In this document: positions 10,865-20,097 of the stretch, piece after piece
Layout: each line of letters starts with the position of its first letter
How positions within the stretch are numbered: the first letter of the stretch is position 1
Origin: Alphaproteobacteria bacterium
GTDB taxonomy: Bacteria; Pseudomonadota; Alphaproteobacteria; UBA8366
Reading direction: 5' to 3'
NCBI GenBank assembly: GCA_965228975.1
Contig: OZ245851.1
Coordinates: 2,933,953-2,997,952, forward strand
DNA length: 64,000 nucleotides
Translations under genes and position numbers: made by a program
The notes under the pieces: model-generated
Database searches by the model: none
What the model saw: only the letters and a program-made list of their open reading frames with translations
Told to the model about the DNA's origin: nothing

Positions 10865-12109
10865 ATGGATTTCGACCTCACCCCCGACCAACGGGATTTG
10901 CAGCAGCGCGCCCGTGATCTTGCGCAGAATGTCTTTGCCGCCCGCGCGCCGGAGATCGACAAGACCGAGGAATACCCATGGGACAACGCCAAGGCGCTGA
11001 ACGAAGCCGGTTTCATGGGCATGACGATTCCCAAGGAATATGGCGGCCAGGGCCGAAGCTTTCTCGATGCGGTTCTGGTCATCGAACAGATCGCCATGGT
11101 CTGCGGCGTCACCGCGCGGATCGTCGTGGAATCCAACATGGGCGCGATCAGCACCGTCATGCGCTACGGCACCGAAGAACAGAAACGTATGGCGGCGGAC
11201 GTGATCTTCTCGCGCGCCGACAAGCCGGCGATCTGCATCACGGAGCCGGAGGCCGGCAGCGCCGCAACCGAAATGACGACGCGCGCGGACAAGCGCGGCG
11301 ACAAATGGGTGATCAACGGCAAGAAACATTGGATCACGGGCGCCGGCGTGTCCTGGCTGCACCTGATCTTCGCCCGCGCCTTCGACGAGGACGGGACGGA
11401 ACTGGGTATCGGCGGATTCCTGGCCCTGCGCGACGAGACGCCCGGTCTCCGCATCGGCGACCGCGAACCGACGATGGGCCTGCGCGGCATTCCCGAAGCC
11501 GAGGTCATCTGCGAGGACATGGAAGTGCCAGCGGACGCCTTGGTCGAATCGCCCAGCGGCTTCAAGCGCGGCTTTGCCGACCTGATGAACGCCTACAACT
11601 CGCAACGGGTCGGCGCGGGCACCATCGCGCTCGGCATCGCCGCCGGTGCCTACGATCACGCGCTGATTTATGCGCAAAATCGCGAACAATTCGGACGCCC
11701 GATCGCCGAGTTCCAGGGCCTGCAATGGATGCTGGTCGACATGGACAGCCAGGTCGCGGCGGCCCGCGCGCTGATCTACAAGGCGGCGGCCAGCGCCGAG
11801 AAAAGCAACATGGGCTTCCCCGACGTGAAGCTGGCGGCGCAAGCCAAGATCGTCGCTTCTGAGATGGCGATCAAGGTCACCAACGATGCGCTCCAGATGT
11901 ACGGGGCCGCCGGTTATTCGCGGCGCAACCCGATCGAGCGCATGGTCCGCGACGGCCGGATGTTCACCATCGGCGGCGGCACCGCGCAAATCCTGCGCAC
12001 CGTCGTGGCCTCGCAGATTCTGGGGCAGAAACTGCCGCAAACCCGCGACGGGTACCTGAAATTGGCGCAACGGGAAGCCGCCGACAAGGCCGGCAACGCC
12101 GCCGAATAG
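10865..12109 (+). CDS. acyl-CoA dehydrogenase
   Basis: 414 aa with ACAD N/M/C layout and a typical C-terminus, RMFTIGGGTAQILRTVVASQIL. Confidence 0.9.
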   Translation: MDFDLTPDQRDLQQRARDLAQNVFAARAPEIDKTEEYPWDNAKALNEAGFMGMTIPKEYGGQGRSFLDAVLVIEQIAMVCGVTARIVVESNMGAISTVMRYGTEEQKRMAADVIFSRADKPAICITEPEAGSAATEMTTRADKRGDKWVINGKKHWITGAGVSWLHLIFARAFDEDGTELGIGGFLALRDETPGLRIGDREPTMGLRGIPEAEVICEDMEVPADALVESPSGFKRGFADLMNAYNSQRVGAGTIALGIAAGAYDHALIYAQNREQFGRPIAEFQGLQWMLVDMDSQVAAARALIYKAAASAEKSNMGFPDVKLAAQAKIVASEMAIKVTNDALQMYGAAGYSRRNPIERMVRDGRMFTIGGGTAQILRTVVASQILGQKLPQTRDGYLKLAQREAADKAGNAAE

Positions 12110-12198
12110 AGCGCCGACGGCGGCGCGGCTTCTCTTCTGTGAAACCGGTGGTAGACTGTCGGCGATTCGTTTGACGTAACCATCAAAAGAGGGAGCGA

Positions 12199-12645
12199 AT
12201 GTCCTTACCCGAAATCGGAAGCGACGCGCCTGGTTTCACCTTGCCGAACCAAGACGGCAAGTCGGTGAGCCTGGCGGATTACGCGGGCAAGAACGTGCTG
12301 TTGTGGTTCTACCCCCGCGCATTCGGCAACAATTGAACCAAGCAAGCCAACGGGTTCCGTGATCGAACCCAAGACTTTGCCGACAAGAACACCGTCCTGT
12401 TGGGCATCACGTTCAGCTCGACCGAAGACCTGAAATCCTGGCGGAACGAGGTGGGGTACACCGCGGACCTGCTGCAGGACCCGGACCGTTCCGTCGCCAT
12501 GGCCTATGGCGCGGCGGACAGCGCCGACCAAGAAAAGGCCACCCGCGTTTCCATCCTCGTGGGACCGGACGGCAAGGTTGCCAAGACCTATGCCGACATG
12601 AACGCCGAGGCCCATCCGGCCGAAGTGCTCGCGGAATTGGGGTAG
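12199..12645 (+). CDS. Bcp/AhpC-TSA-type peroxiredoxin with in-frame UGA (12334-12336) at the peroxidatic-Cys position; candidate selenoprotein
   Basis: ATG 12199 follows AGAGGGAG. The reading is MSLPEIGSDAPGFTLPNQDGKSVSLADYAGKNVLLWFYPRAFGNN-TGA-TKQANGFRD..., and the same frame runs to TAG 12643-12645. The ORF track shows only the 3' part (12400..12645). FYPRAFGNN[U]TKQANGFRD aligns without gaps to E. coli Bcp FYPKAMTPGCTVQACGLRD. Confidence 0.7.
12342..12380 (+). promoter_or_regulatory. bacterial SECIS-like stem-loop downstream of the in-frame UGA
   Basis: Upper stem GGGTTC (12352-12357) pairs with GAACCC (12365-12370), with the 7-nt loop CGTGATC containing GU. A possible lower stem is GCAAG (12342-12346) with CTTTGC (12375-12380). 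The structure starts 6 nt after the UGA. Confidence 0.5.
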
Positions 12646-12678
12646 CGTCCGGAGACGCACTCCTATTCCGATACGCAT

Positions 12679-12721
12679 AACGAAGGGCGCGATACCGACG
12701 ATCGGTATCGCGCCCTTCGTT
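12679..12721. terminator. bidirectional intrinsic terminator hairpin
   Basis: Near-perfect ~20-bp inverted repeat AACGAAGGGCGCGATACCGA / TCGGTATCGCGCCCTTCGTT between convergent genes. Confidence 0.7.
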
Positions 12722-12736
12722 CATTTGGCGAGTCTG

Positions 12737-13891
12737 CTAGGCGGCGGCCTTCACCGGCACGACCGGCGTATCCAGGATCGGGTCCAGGCCGAGCGCCAGC
12801 CGTCCCGTGAACTGCTGTTGGCGTTTCTCGGGCAACGGATGGAATTGCACGCCATGCGCGTCGCGCAGCAACCGTTCCAACCCGAGCTTCGAGTAGAAAC
12901 CCGAACCACCGGCGGTTTCCAAGGCCTTCTCGACCGTGGCGATCACGGCATTGGCGGCGATCGTCTTGCGGACGAGAATTGCGTTCGCGGTCTCCGGCGT
13001 CGCGTCGAACTGCCAATCGTTGGTGATACCGATCATGGCGTCGACCGCCAATTGCGCGGTGGTCAGCGTGTTGGTCAACTCGCCCAACTGAAACGGCGTC
13101 GCCGGATCGGCGATGCGCTTGTTCGCCTGGGTTTGCGCGATCTCGGCGGCGGCTTCGGCAACTCCGACATAGGCCGACAGGATCAGCGGCATGGCGACCG
13201 TCAGGATCACGTTGAACGCCATATGATAGGCATGGCGCGGCCGCCGCATGACGACGGCCGCGTCCGGCACGAACACGCCGTCTAGGACGACCGTTTCCGA
13301 GCCCGTGGCCCGCATGCCGAGGGTATCCCAATCGCCGGCGCGCGATATGCCGTCACTCGCGAACGGCACCGGGAAGTGCAGCACCTGCCAACCTTCCTCC
13401 GGGTCTTCATAGGGCGCGGACGTGACCAAAACGTCGCCCTTCGGCGAACCGCTGGCGAAGGGCTTACGGGCGGTAACGCGGAAGCCGTCGGCGACGCGCT
13501 CCACCTCGCCGTTGGAGCCGAGCCAGTCGTTGGCGCCCGTGCTGACAAGCACCGCTTCCTTTTCGGCCACACGCTCCAGCAGTTTCTGCCCCGGCCGGCC
13601 GTTGCGGTAGTTGAAGACGGCGGCGGCCACGAGATGCTGATGCATCGATACGGCCAGCGCGGTGGAACTGCAGTAATGCGCCAGACCGCGCAGGAAGGCG
13701 CACATCTCGCTATGCGAGGCACCACCCCCACCGAGTTCGGTCGGCACGAGCGCGGAAAATACCTTCCGCTCGCGCAGGGCGTCGTAATGGTCGGCGACGA
13801 ACTCAGCCACTGCGTCGCGATCCGACGCACCCACAGCAAAACGCGGGCCGAGGTCTTCGAGGATGGCGTTGAGGTTGATGGAGGTCGTCAT
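12737..13891 (-). CDS. acyl-CoA dehydrogenase family protein
   Basis: 384 aa with an ACAD-like fold pattern (VFSALVPTELGGGGAS..., GFRVTARKPFASGS). Confidence 0.8.
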   Translation of the reverse strand: MTTSINLNAILEDLGPRFAVGASDRDAVAEFVADHYDALRERKVFSALVPTELGGGGASHSEMCAFLRGLAHYCSSTALAVSMHQHLVAAAVFNYRNGRPGQKLLERVAEKEAVLVSTGANDWLGSNGEVERVADGFRVTARKPFASGSPKGDVLVTSAPYEDPEEGWQVLHFPVPFASDGISRAGDWDTLGMRATGSETVVLDGVFVPDAAVVMRRPRHAYHMAFNVILTVAMPLILSAYVGVAEAAAEIAQTQANKRIADPATPFQLGELTNTLTTAQLAVDAMIGITNDWQFDATPETANAILVRKTIAANAVIATVEKALETAGGSGFYSKLGLERLLRDAHGVQFHPLPEKRQQQFTGRLALGLDPILDTPVVPVKAAA

Positions 13892-13932
13892 GGCTTCGTT
13901 TCCTTCTCGTCAAGCAATCGGGGTTTAGGGAT

Positions 13933-14781
13933 TTACGCGGCTGATTTTCGAATCGCGCACCAGTTGGCGATTTCGACGTGACTTTCGATGGCGGTCGCAA
14001 CGGTCTGCGGATGGGTCAGCGGCGACATGTGCCCGGCCCCATCGATGATGCGATCGGAGCAACCGGGCACGCGCGCACGAACGATCGCGCAGATGCGGCG
14101 GAAGGACTTGCAGGTCGCTTCGCCGCACACCACCATCGTCGGCGCGGCAAGCCCCATCAGATCGGTAAGCGTTGTGACGTTGTTCAGATTCGATTTGTAG
14201 GCATCCGCCGTTTCCATCGTCATGGCGAGGAACCGGTCGCGCGCTTTGTCGGACAGGCCGTTCCAGGTTCCGTCCCCGTTGTGATTGTCGATGAAACGCC
14301 GCCAGGCGGCTTCGGACCTGCCGGCCTCGGCATCGGCGATAAAGGCGCACGCGAGGATCCGCGTGGATTGGAAAAGGGCGGAATCGCCGGACTGCTTCAG
14401 CAACGGTGTCAACACCGGCTCGATGAGCACGAGCCCTTTGAGCATTTCCGGATATCGCAGCGCGAGCCGGGTCGCGGTCGCGCCACCGTAGGAATGCCCG
14501 ACCACATGTACCGGCCCGACATCCAAGTGATCCAGCAGCCCGGCGACCAAGTCCGCCTGGTCGTCATGAGTCAATTCCCGGTTGCCGCGCCAACTGTCGG
14601 TTTTACCGAAACCGATCAGATCGGGCGCAATCAACCGGACATCGCCGTCGAGGAGAGGCGCAACCTTCCGCCAGTGCGCGGACGAGGTCCCGCCGGCATG
14701 CAGCAACAGGATTGTGTCACCCGTCGCGGGTCCGGTATCGGTGTAATTCGCATTCAAGCCGTTTACTGTGATCTCGGGCAT
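13933..14781 (-). CDS. alpha/beta-fold hydrolase
   Basis: ATG 14781 follows GAGGAG (ORF 13933..14841). Contains the oxyanion HAGG-type motif LLLHAGGTSS and the nucleophile elbow GHSYGG. Confidence 0.8.
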   Translation of the reverse strand: MPEITVNGLNANYTDTGPATGDTILLLHAGGTSSAHWRKVAPLLDGDVRLIAPDLIGFGKTDSWRGNRELTHDDQADLVAGLLDHLDVGPVHVVGHSYGGATATRLALRYPEMLKGLVLIEPVLTPLLKQSGDSALFQSTRILACAFIADAEAGRSEAAWRRFIDNHNGDGTWNGLSDKARDRFLAMTMETADAYKSNLNNVTTLTDLMGLAAPTMVVCGEATCKSFRRICAIVRARVPGCSDRIIDGAGHMSPLTHPQTVATAIESHVEIANWCAIRKSAA

Positions 14782-14896
14782 TTCTATTCTCCTCGTTGGC
14801 GACCGGTCTCCGGCCGTCATTGGCCATCGAACCGGGTACAACGATAGAAGCGCCCGATTTCAGCCGGATTTCCGGCAAACGGGAGAAGGGTTTCAA

Positions 14897-15406
14897 TTGT
14901 TTCAGCGATTTTTGCGAATACCCCACCTCCTGAAACGTTGGGTTCGGGGCGCCTGTGGCGGCCTTGCCATCTGCGGTGCATTCGCAATGCCGGGTATCGC
15001 ATCGGCCGCAGACCTGACCGTCGAGATCGCCGGTATCCGATCGAACGACGGCGTCATCGTGTTGGGCCTATACGACACGTCGGACGGGTTCGACCTCGCC
15101 CTGAAGGTCTTCGACCATCCGGACGGCTTCGTCCGCGACGCGGGCCGCTTCCTGGGCGCGTCGATCCGCGCGGATTCCGGGATACGGCGCACGGTGTTTT
15201 CGAACCTGCCGCCGGGCCGATATGCGGCGATCGTGTTCCAGGACGCCAACCGCAACGGCAAGATCGACAAGAACCTCGTCGGCATTCCGACGGAGGCTTA
15301 TGGGTTCAGCCGGAATGCATCCGGCTTCCTGGGCCCGCCAAAATTCGAAGATGCGGCGATCGAGATCACGGACGGCAGTCTGTCGATCCAGATCGACATG
15401 CAATGA
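14897..15406 (+). CDS. DUF2141-like secreted protein
   Basis: ORF 14768..15406. A probable TTG start at 14897 follows GGAGAAGGG. Signal peptide ...AFAMPGIASA, then the DUF2141-like core GRYAAIVFQDANRNGKIDKNLVGIPTEAYGFSRNA. Confidence 0.6.
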   Translation: MFQRFLRIPHLLKRWVRGACGGLAICGAFAMPGIASAADLTVEIAGIRSNDGVIVLGLYDTSDGFDLALKVFDHPDGFVRDAGRFLGASIRADSGIRRTVFSNLPPGRYAAIVFQDANRNGKIDKNLVGIPTEAYGFSRNASGFLGPPKFEDAAIEITDGSLSIQIDMQ

Positions 15407-15432
15407 GCCGAGACGTGACAAGGAGTGGACGA

Positions 15433-16347
15433 ATGAACGACAGCTACCCGCGGGACATGATCGGCTACGGCCGCACGCCACCGGACCCGCAATGGCCGGA
15501 TAGCGCGAAGATCGCGTTGCAGTTCGTCATCAACTACGAGGAAGGCGCGGAGAACAACATTCTGCACGGCGACGAGGCATCGGAAGCCTTCCTCTCCGAG
15601 ATCGTCGGCGCGGCCCCCTGGCCCGGCGAACGGCATATGAATATGGAGTCGATCTACGAATACGGTTCGCGCGCCGGGTTCTGGCGGCTCTGGAGAATCT
15701 TCACGGCGCGCAGCCTGCCCCTGACCGTGTACGGGGTCGCGATGGCGCTCGCGCGGAATCCGGAAGCCGTCGCCGCGATGAAAGAAGCCGACTGGGAGAT
15801 CGCGTCGCACGCCTACCGGTGGATCGAATACAAGGACTTCACCGCCGACCAGGAACGCGACCATATGGCGGAAGCGATCCGCATCCATACCGAGGCCACC
15901 GGCGACCGGCCGCTCGGCTGGTACACGGGCCGCTGCTCGATCCATACGTTGGACCTCGCCGCCGAGGAAGGCTTCGAATATGCCGCGGACTCCTACGCGG
16001 ACGACCTGCCCTACTGGCGGGAGGCCCCGAGCGGACCGCAGCTCATCGTGCCCTACACCCTCGACGCCAACGACATGCGCTTCGGCACGCCGCAGGGGTT
16101 CAACTCGGGTGATCAGTTCTTCGCCTATCTGCGGGACAGTTTCGACGTGCTTTATGCCGAGGGGCGCGACGGCGCGCCGAAGATGATGAGCGTCGGGCTG
16201 CATTGCCGCCTGGTCGGCCGGCCGGGGCGCGCCGCAGCACTTCTGCGCTTCCTCGATCATGTCCAGAAACACGACGACGTCTGGATCACGCGGCGCATCG
16301 ACATCGCCCGCCACTGGCGGGAAACGCATCCGCCGGCAAAATCCTAG
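15433..16347 (+). CDS. puuE: polysaccharide-deacetylase-family allantoinase (PuuE type)
   Basis: ATG 15433 follows AGGAG (ORF 14938..16347 carries a spurious N-terminal extension). N-terminus YPRDMIGYGRTPPDPQWPDSAKIALQFVINYEEGAENNILHGDEASEAFLSEI is PuuE-like. Confidence 0.7.
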   Translation: MNDSYPRDMIGYGRTPPDPQWPDSAKIALQFVINYEEGAENNILHGDEASEAFLSEIVGAAPWPGERHMNMESIYEYGSRAGFWRLWRIFTARSLPLTVYGVAMALARNPEAVAAMKEADWEIASHAYRWIEYKDFTADQERDHMAEAIRIHTEATGDRPLGWYTGRCSIHTLDLAAEEGFEYAADSYADDLPYWREAPSGPQLIVPYTLDANDMRFGTPQGFNSGDQFFAYLRDSFDVLYAEGRDGAPKMMSVGLHCRLVGRPGRAAALLRFLDHVQKHDDVWITRRIDIARHWRETHPPAKS

Positions 16348-16363
16348 TCGGTTATTACGGCTG

Positions 16364-17437
16364 TCAGCCGCACTGCCCGCGGTGGCGCAGCATGTGGTCG
16401 GCGAGGACGCAGGCCATCATCGCCTCGCCCACCGGTACGCCTCGAATCCCGACACAAGGGTCGTGCCGACCCTTGGTGACGATTTCCGTATTCTGCCCGT
16501 CCACGGTGACGGTCCGGCGCGGTTTCAGGATCGAGCTGGTCGGCTTCACGGCAAACCGCACCACGACGTCCTGCCCCGACGAGATACCGCCGAGCACGCC
16601 GCCGGCATGGTTCGACAGGAACCGGACGGTGCCGTCGTTGTTCATCGCCATCTCGTCGGCATTGTCCTCGCCGCGCAGAGCGGCGGACGCCATACCCGTG
16701 CCGATCTCGACGCCCTTCACCGCGTTGATGCTCATCATCGCGGCGGCGAGGTCGGCGTCGAGCTTGCCGTATACCGGCGCGCCCCATCCGACGGGGACGC
16801 CCGAGGCGATGACCTCGATCACCGCACCGACCGACGAGCCGTCCTTGCGGACACCGTCCAGGTAGGTCGCCCATTCTTCCGCCGCCACGGGATCGGGGCA
16901 GAAGAAGGGGTTGTTCGCCGTTTCGTCCCAATCGCAGCGGTCCCGGTTTACACCGTGCGGTCCCATCTGCACCAAGCCGCCGCGGATTTCGATCCCGTCG
17001 CCCAGCACCTTGCGCGCGATGCCGCCCGCCGCGACCCGCAATGCCGTTTCCCGCGCCGAGGCCCGACCGCCGCCACGGTAATCCCGCAGGCCGTATTTCT
17101 TGTGATAGGTGTAGTCCGCATGCGCCGGGCGGAACTTGTCCTTGATGTCGCCGTAGTCGCGCGACCGCTGGTCCACATTCTCGATCAACAGGCTGACGGG
17201 TGTTCCTGTCGTAACACCCTCGAACACGCCGGACAGAATCTTCACCTGATCCGGTTCCTTGCGCTGGGTGGTGTATTTCGACTGACCCGGCCGCCGTTTA
17301 TCGAGCCACTGCTGGATGTCCGCTTCGGTCAGCGCCAGCCCCGGCGGCACGCCGTCGACCACGGCGCCGATCGCCGGCCCGTGACTTTCACCCCAGGTCG
17401 TGAAGCGGAAAAGATGTCCGAAGCTGTTATCCGACAT
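16364..17437 (-). CDS. aroC: chorismate synthase
   Basis: [33 protein letters not shown]..., full-length at 357 aa. Confidence 0.95.
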   Translation of the reverse strand: MSDNSFGHLFRFTTWGESHGPAIGAVVDGVPPGLALTEADIQQWLDKRRPGQSKYTTQRKEPDQVKILSGVFEGVTTGTPVSLLIENVDQRSRDYGDIKDKFRPAHADYTYHKKYGLRDYRGGGRASARETALRVAAGGIARKVLGDGIEIRGGLVQMGPHGVNRDRCDWDETANNPFFCPDPVAAEEWATYLDGVRKDGSSVGAVIEVIASGVPVGWGAPVYGKLDADLAAAMMSINAVKGVEIGTGMASAALRGEDNADEMAMNNDGTVRFLSNHAGGVLGGISSGQDVVVRFAVKPTSSILKPRRTVTVDGQNTEIVTKGRHDPCVGIRGVPVGEAMMACVLADHMLRHRGQCG

Positions 17438-17455
17438 AGGGGCCGCCGCCGCGGC

Positions 17456-18295
17456 TCAGGATTTGGTCCTGAGCCCGTCAATGAGTTTCGAGACTTCGTC
17501 GGCCGCGTCGACCGAGACCATGCCGACCGTGTGGTACCCGGAGTCCACATGATGGACTTCGCCGGTCACGCCGCTGCTCAGGTCCGATAGGAGATACAGG
17601 CCGGAATTGCCGACGTCGTCGAGCGTGACGTTGCGCTTGAGCGGCGAATTCAACTCGTTCCATTTCAGGATATAGCGGAAGTCGCCGATCCCGGACGCGG
17701 CAAGCGTCTTGATCGGGCCCGCCGAAATCGCGTTGACGCGAATGTTCTGCCCGCCGAGATCGACCGCCAGATACCGCACGCTCGCCTCCAACGCCGCCTT
17801 CGCGACACCCATGACATTGTAATGCGGCATCACGCGCTCCGACCCGTAATAGGTCAGCGTCAGGATGCTGCCGCCATTCGGCATCATCTCCGCCGCGCGC
17901 TGGCAGAGCGCGGTCAGCGTGTAGCAGGACACATCCAGGGTAAGCTGGAAATTGGCGCGCGACGTGTTGACGTATTTGCCGGTCAACTCATGCCGGTCGG
18001 AAAAGGCGATGGCATGCACGATGAAGTCAAGGCTGTCCCACCGCTTACCGATCTCGGTGAACAAGTTGTCCAGGCTACCGTCGTCGCCGGCATCACATTC
18101 GATGATGAAGTCCGACCCGACCGATTCGGCCAGCGGCTTGACCCGGCGTTCGAGCTGCGGCGCTTGGTAGGAAAAGGCGAGTTCGGCCCCATGGTCGGCA
18201 AGCACCCGAGAGATACCCCAGGCGATCGAGCGGTCGTTCGCGACCCCCATTACCAATCCACGTTTTCCTGCCATCAGCGCTTGCGGCTCAGCCAT
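17456..18295 (-). CDS. fabI: enoyl-[acyl-carrier-protein] reductase (NADH)
   Basis: GKRGLVMGVANDRSIAWGI...; 279 aa with a FabI-type SDR pattern. Confidence 0.95.
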   Translation of the reverse strand: MAEPQALMAGKRGLVMGVANDRSIAWGISRVLADHGAELAFSYQAPQLERRVKPLAESVGSDFIIECDAGDDGSLDNLFTEIGKRWDSLDFIVHAIAFSDRHELTGKYVNTSRANFQLTLDVSCYTLTALCQRAAEMMPNGGSILTLTYYGSERVMPHYNVMGVAKAALEASVRYLAVDLGGQNIRVNAISAGPIKTLAASGIGDFRYILKWNELNSPLKRNVTLDDVGNSGLYLLSDLSSGVTGEVHHVDSGYHTVGMVSVDAADEVSKLIDGLRTKS

Positions 18296-18374
18296 CGGAA
18301 CTCCAATAAAAACTCAGGGCAAAGTGCGCGACATCTTATACAAGAAGGTCCGCCGGTCAAAGGCGGCATCCGCC

Positions 18375-18632
18375 CTATTTCGGCGGGTCCGGCGTTTCTT
18401 CGGCCACCGGAACGCCGTCCATATGGCGCATGGTCCGGATGACGATGATGCCGACGGTAACGATCACGATCAGGCCCGCAAGCGAGAGCAACCCGGCAAC
18501 CACGCCCCATATGAGGCCGAATTCCTCGTACATGAGGAGAGTGCCCCGCCAAACGGCGAAATAGGCCACGAAGGCAACGAGGCACGATAAGGCGAGGATA
18601 TGCTTGATCCGAGGCAGAACAGAACCCTCCAC
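18375..18632 (-). CDS. small membrane protein (2 predicted TM helices), hypothetical
   Basis: 85 aa with two hydrophobic stretches (ILALSCLVAFVAYFAVW and VVAGLLSLAGLIVIVTVGIIVI). No recognisable family. Confidence 0.4.
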   Translation of the reverse strand: MEGSVLPRIKHILALSCLVAFVAYFAVWRGTLLMYEEFGLIWGVVAGLLSLAGLIVIVTVGIIVIRTMRHMDGVPVAEETPDPPK

Positions 18633-18700
18633 AATGGCAGAAATTGATGTTCAGCGGATTTTAATCCCGGCGCTATACTAACGCCATACGGGAGAAAAGA

Positions 18701-20092
18701 ATGGCGAAGACACCTCGCGCCGCTACAACGACCCACGAACGGCCAAGCATACGATCGGGACTCGCCTTCCTGGTCTATGTTCTCCGCCGATTCAACCGCG
18801 ACCATTGCCAGGAGCGATCGGCGGCACTGACGTTCACCGCGCTGTTGGCATTGGTGCCGTTGCTGGCAATCAGTTTCGCAATCTTCGCCGCCTTTCCGGC
18901 CTTCCAGAGCATGAAGGGGGAATTGCAATCCTTCGTTTTCCAGAACTTCGTGCCCGAGATCGGTTCGGTGGTCTATGACCATATCGACCAGTTCACCAGC
19001 AAGACGGGCCAGTTGACCGCGGTCGGCGTGATCTTCCTCGCGGTTACGTCGATCATGCTGCTATCGTCGATCAACAACACGTTCAACGTCATCTGGAAAG
19101 TCCGGGAAACGCGCCCCCTGGTCGGCCGCCTGCTGGTCTACTGGGCGGTGCTCACCCTGTCGCCGATGTTGTTCGGGGCCAGCCTCTCGCTATCGAGCTA
19201 TCTGTTCGCCGCCGCGCAAGCGACGGGCGTCGAGCAATACACCGGCCCGCTCAGCCGGCTTGCGGGCTTTATTCCGCTGATCCTGCAAGTGGTCGGCTTC
19301 TCGATCCTCTACATGGTCATGCCGGCGTATCCGGTGCGCCGCCGCGACGCCCTGATCGGCGGCCTTGCCGCCGGATTGTTGTTCGAACTTCTCAAGAAAG
19401 GGTTCGGCCTCTACGTCAAAAACTTCCCGACCTACGAAACGGTCTATGGCGCGCTGTCCGCCTTTCCGATCCTGCTGATCTGGATGTATGTCGCATGGGT
19501 CGTTGTGCTGCTGGGCGCGCAGATGACCGCCGCGATGCCGGAATGGCGCGCCGGCGTCCGCGTGATCACGCAATCGACGATCCCGGCGGCCCGGCTGCTG
19601 GCGGCGGCGCTTTCCCTTCTTCACGCCTTGCATCTCACGAATCTGAAGGGCGGCGGGCTCAGCATTCGGCGCATGGCCCGCGCGGCGCCCGCGGCACCCG
19701 AAGCCGTTGCGGTCGTGCTGGCCGCCTTGCAGCGGGCGCGCTACATGATGCGCACGGACGGCGGCGGCTGGACCCTTTCCCGCGATCTGGAATCCGTCAC
19801 GCTGGCCGACCTGAAACGCGACTTGGGGTTGGACTTGGATATCAGCGACCTGCGCTACATCCCGACCTACGGGTGGGGCAAGCGGTACAGCGAGATCATC
19901 CGGAACATCGACGAGGCCGATGCCGAATTCACCAACATCACCCTGAGGGACCTGCTTGCACCGGACGACGAGGCCGAAATCATCGAGTTCCCGGATCCTG
20001 ACGACGAGGACGAACCCGGCGAAGGTCAAATCACCGACCGTAAGACACGACTGCTCGCCCTTCTCGGACTAACAGTGCTCAGCAAAAACTAG
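18701..20092 (+). CDS. YihY/BrkB-family inner-membrane protein with a long C-terminal extension
   Basis: N-terminus RFNRDHCQERSAALTFTALLALVPLLAI and a multi-TM core typical of YihY. About 165 extra C-terminal residues end in an acidic tract. Confidence 0.8.
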   Translation: MAKTPRAATTTHERPSIRSGLAFLVYVLRRFNRDHCQERSAALTFTALLALVPLLAISFAIFAAFPAFQSMKGELQSFVFQNFVPEIGSVVYDHIDQFTSKTGQLTAVGVIFLAVTSIMLLSSINNTFNVIWKVRETRPLVGRLLVYWAVLTLSPMLFGASLSLSSYLFAAAQATGVEQYTGPLSRLAGFIPLILQVVGFSILYMVMPAYPVRRRDALIGGLAAGLLFELLKKGFGLYVKNFPTYETVYGALSAFPILLIWMYVAWVVVLLGAQMTAAMPEWRAGVRVITQSTIPAARLLAAALSLLHALHLTNLKGGGLSIRRMARAAPAAPEAVAVVLAALQRARYMMRTDGGGWTLSRDLESVTLADLKRDLGLDLDISDLRYIPTYGWGKRYSEIIRNIDEADAEFTNITLRDLLAPDDEAEIIEFPDPDDEDEPGEGQITDRKTRLLALLGLTVLSKN

Positions 20093-20097
20093 CGGGA

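Noticed and set aside
12199-12645. Reading the peroxiredoxin as a nonsense-mutated pseudogene, or as evidence of a UGA-reassigned genetic code
   Set aside because: The stop falls exactly on the catalytic Cys codon, the rest of the frame is intact, and a hairpin follows. Several other genes here terminate with TGA, so a code change is excluded. A pseudogene remains the formal alternative and is listed under would_refute.
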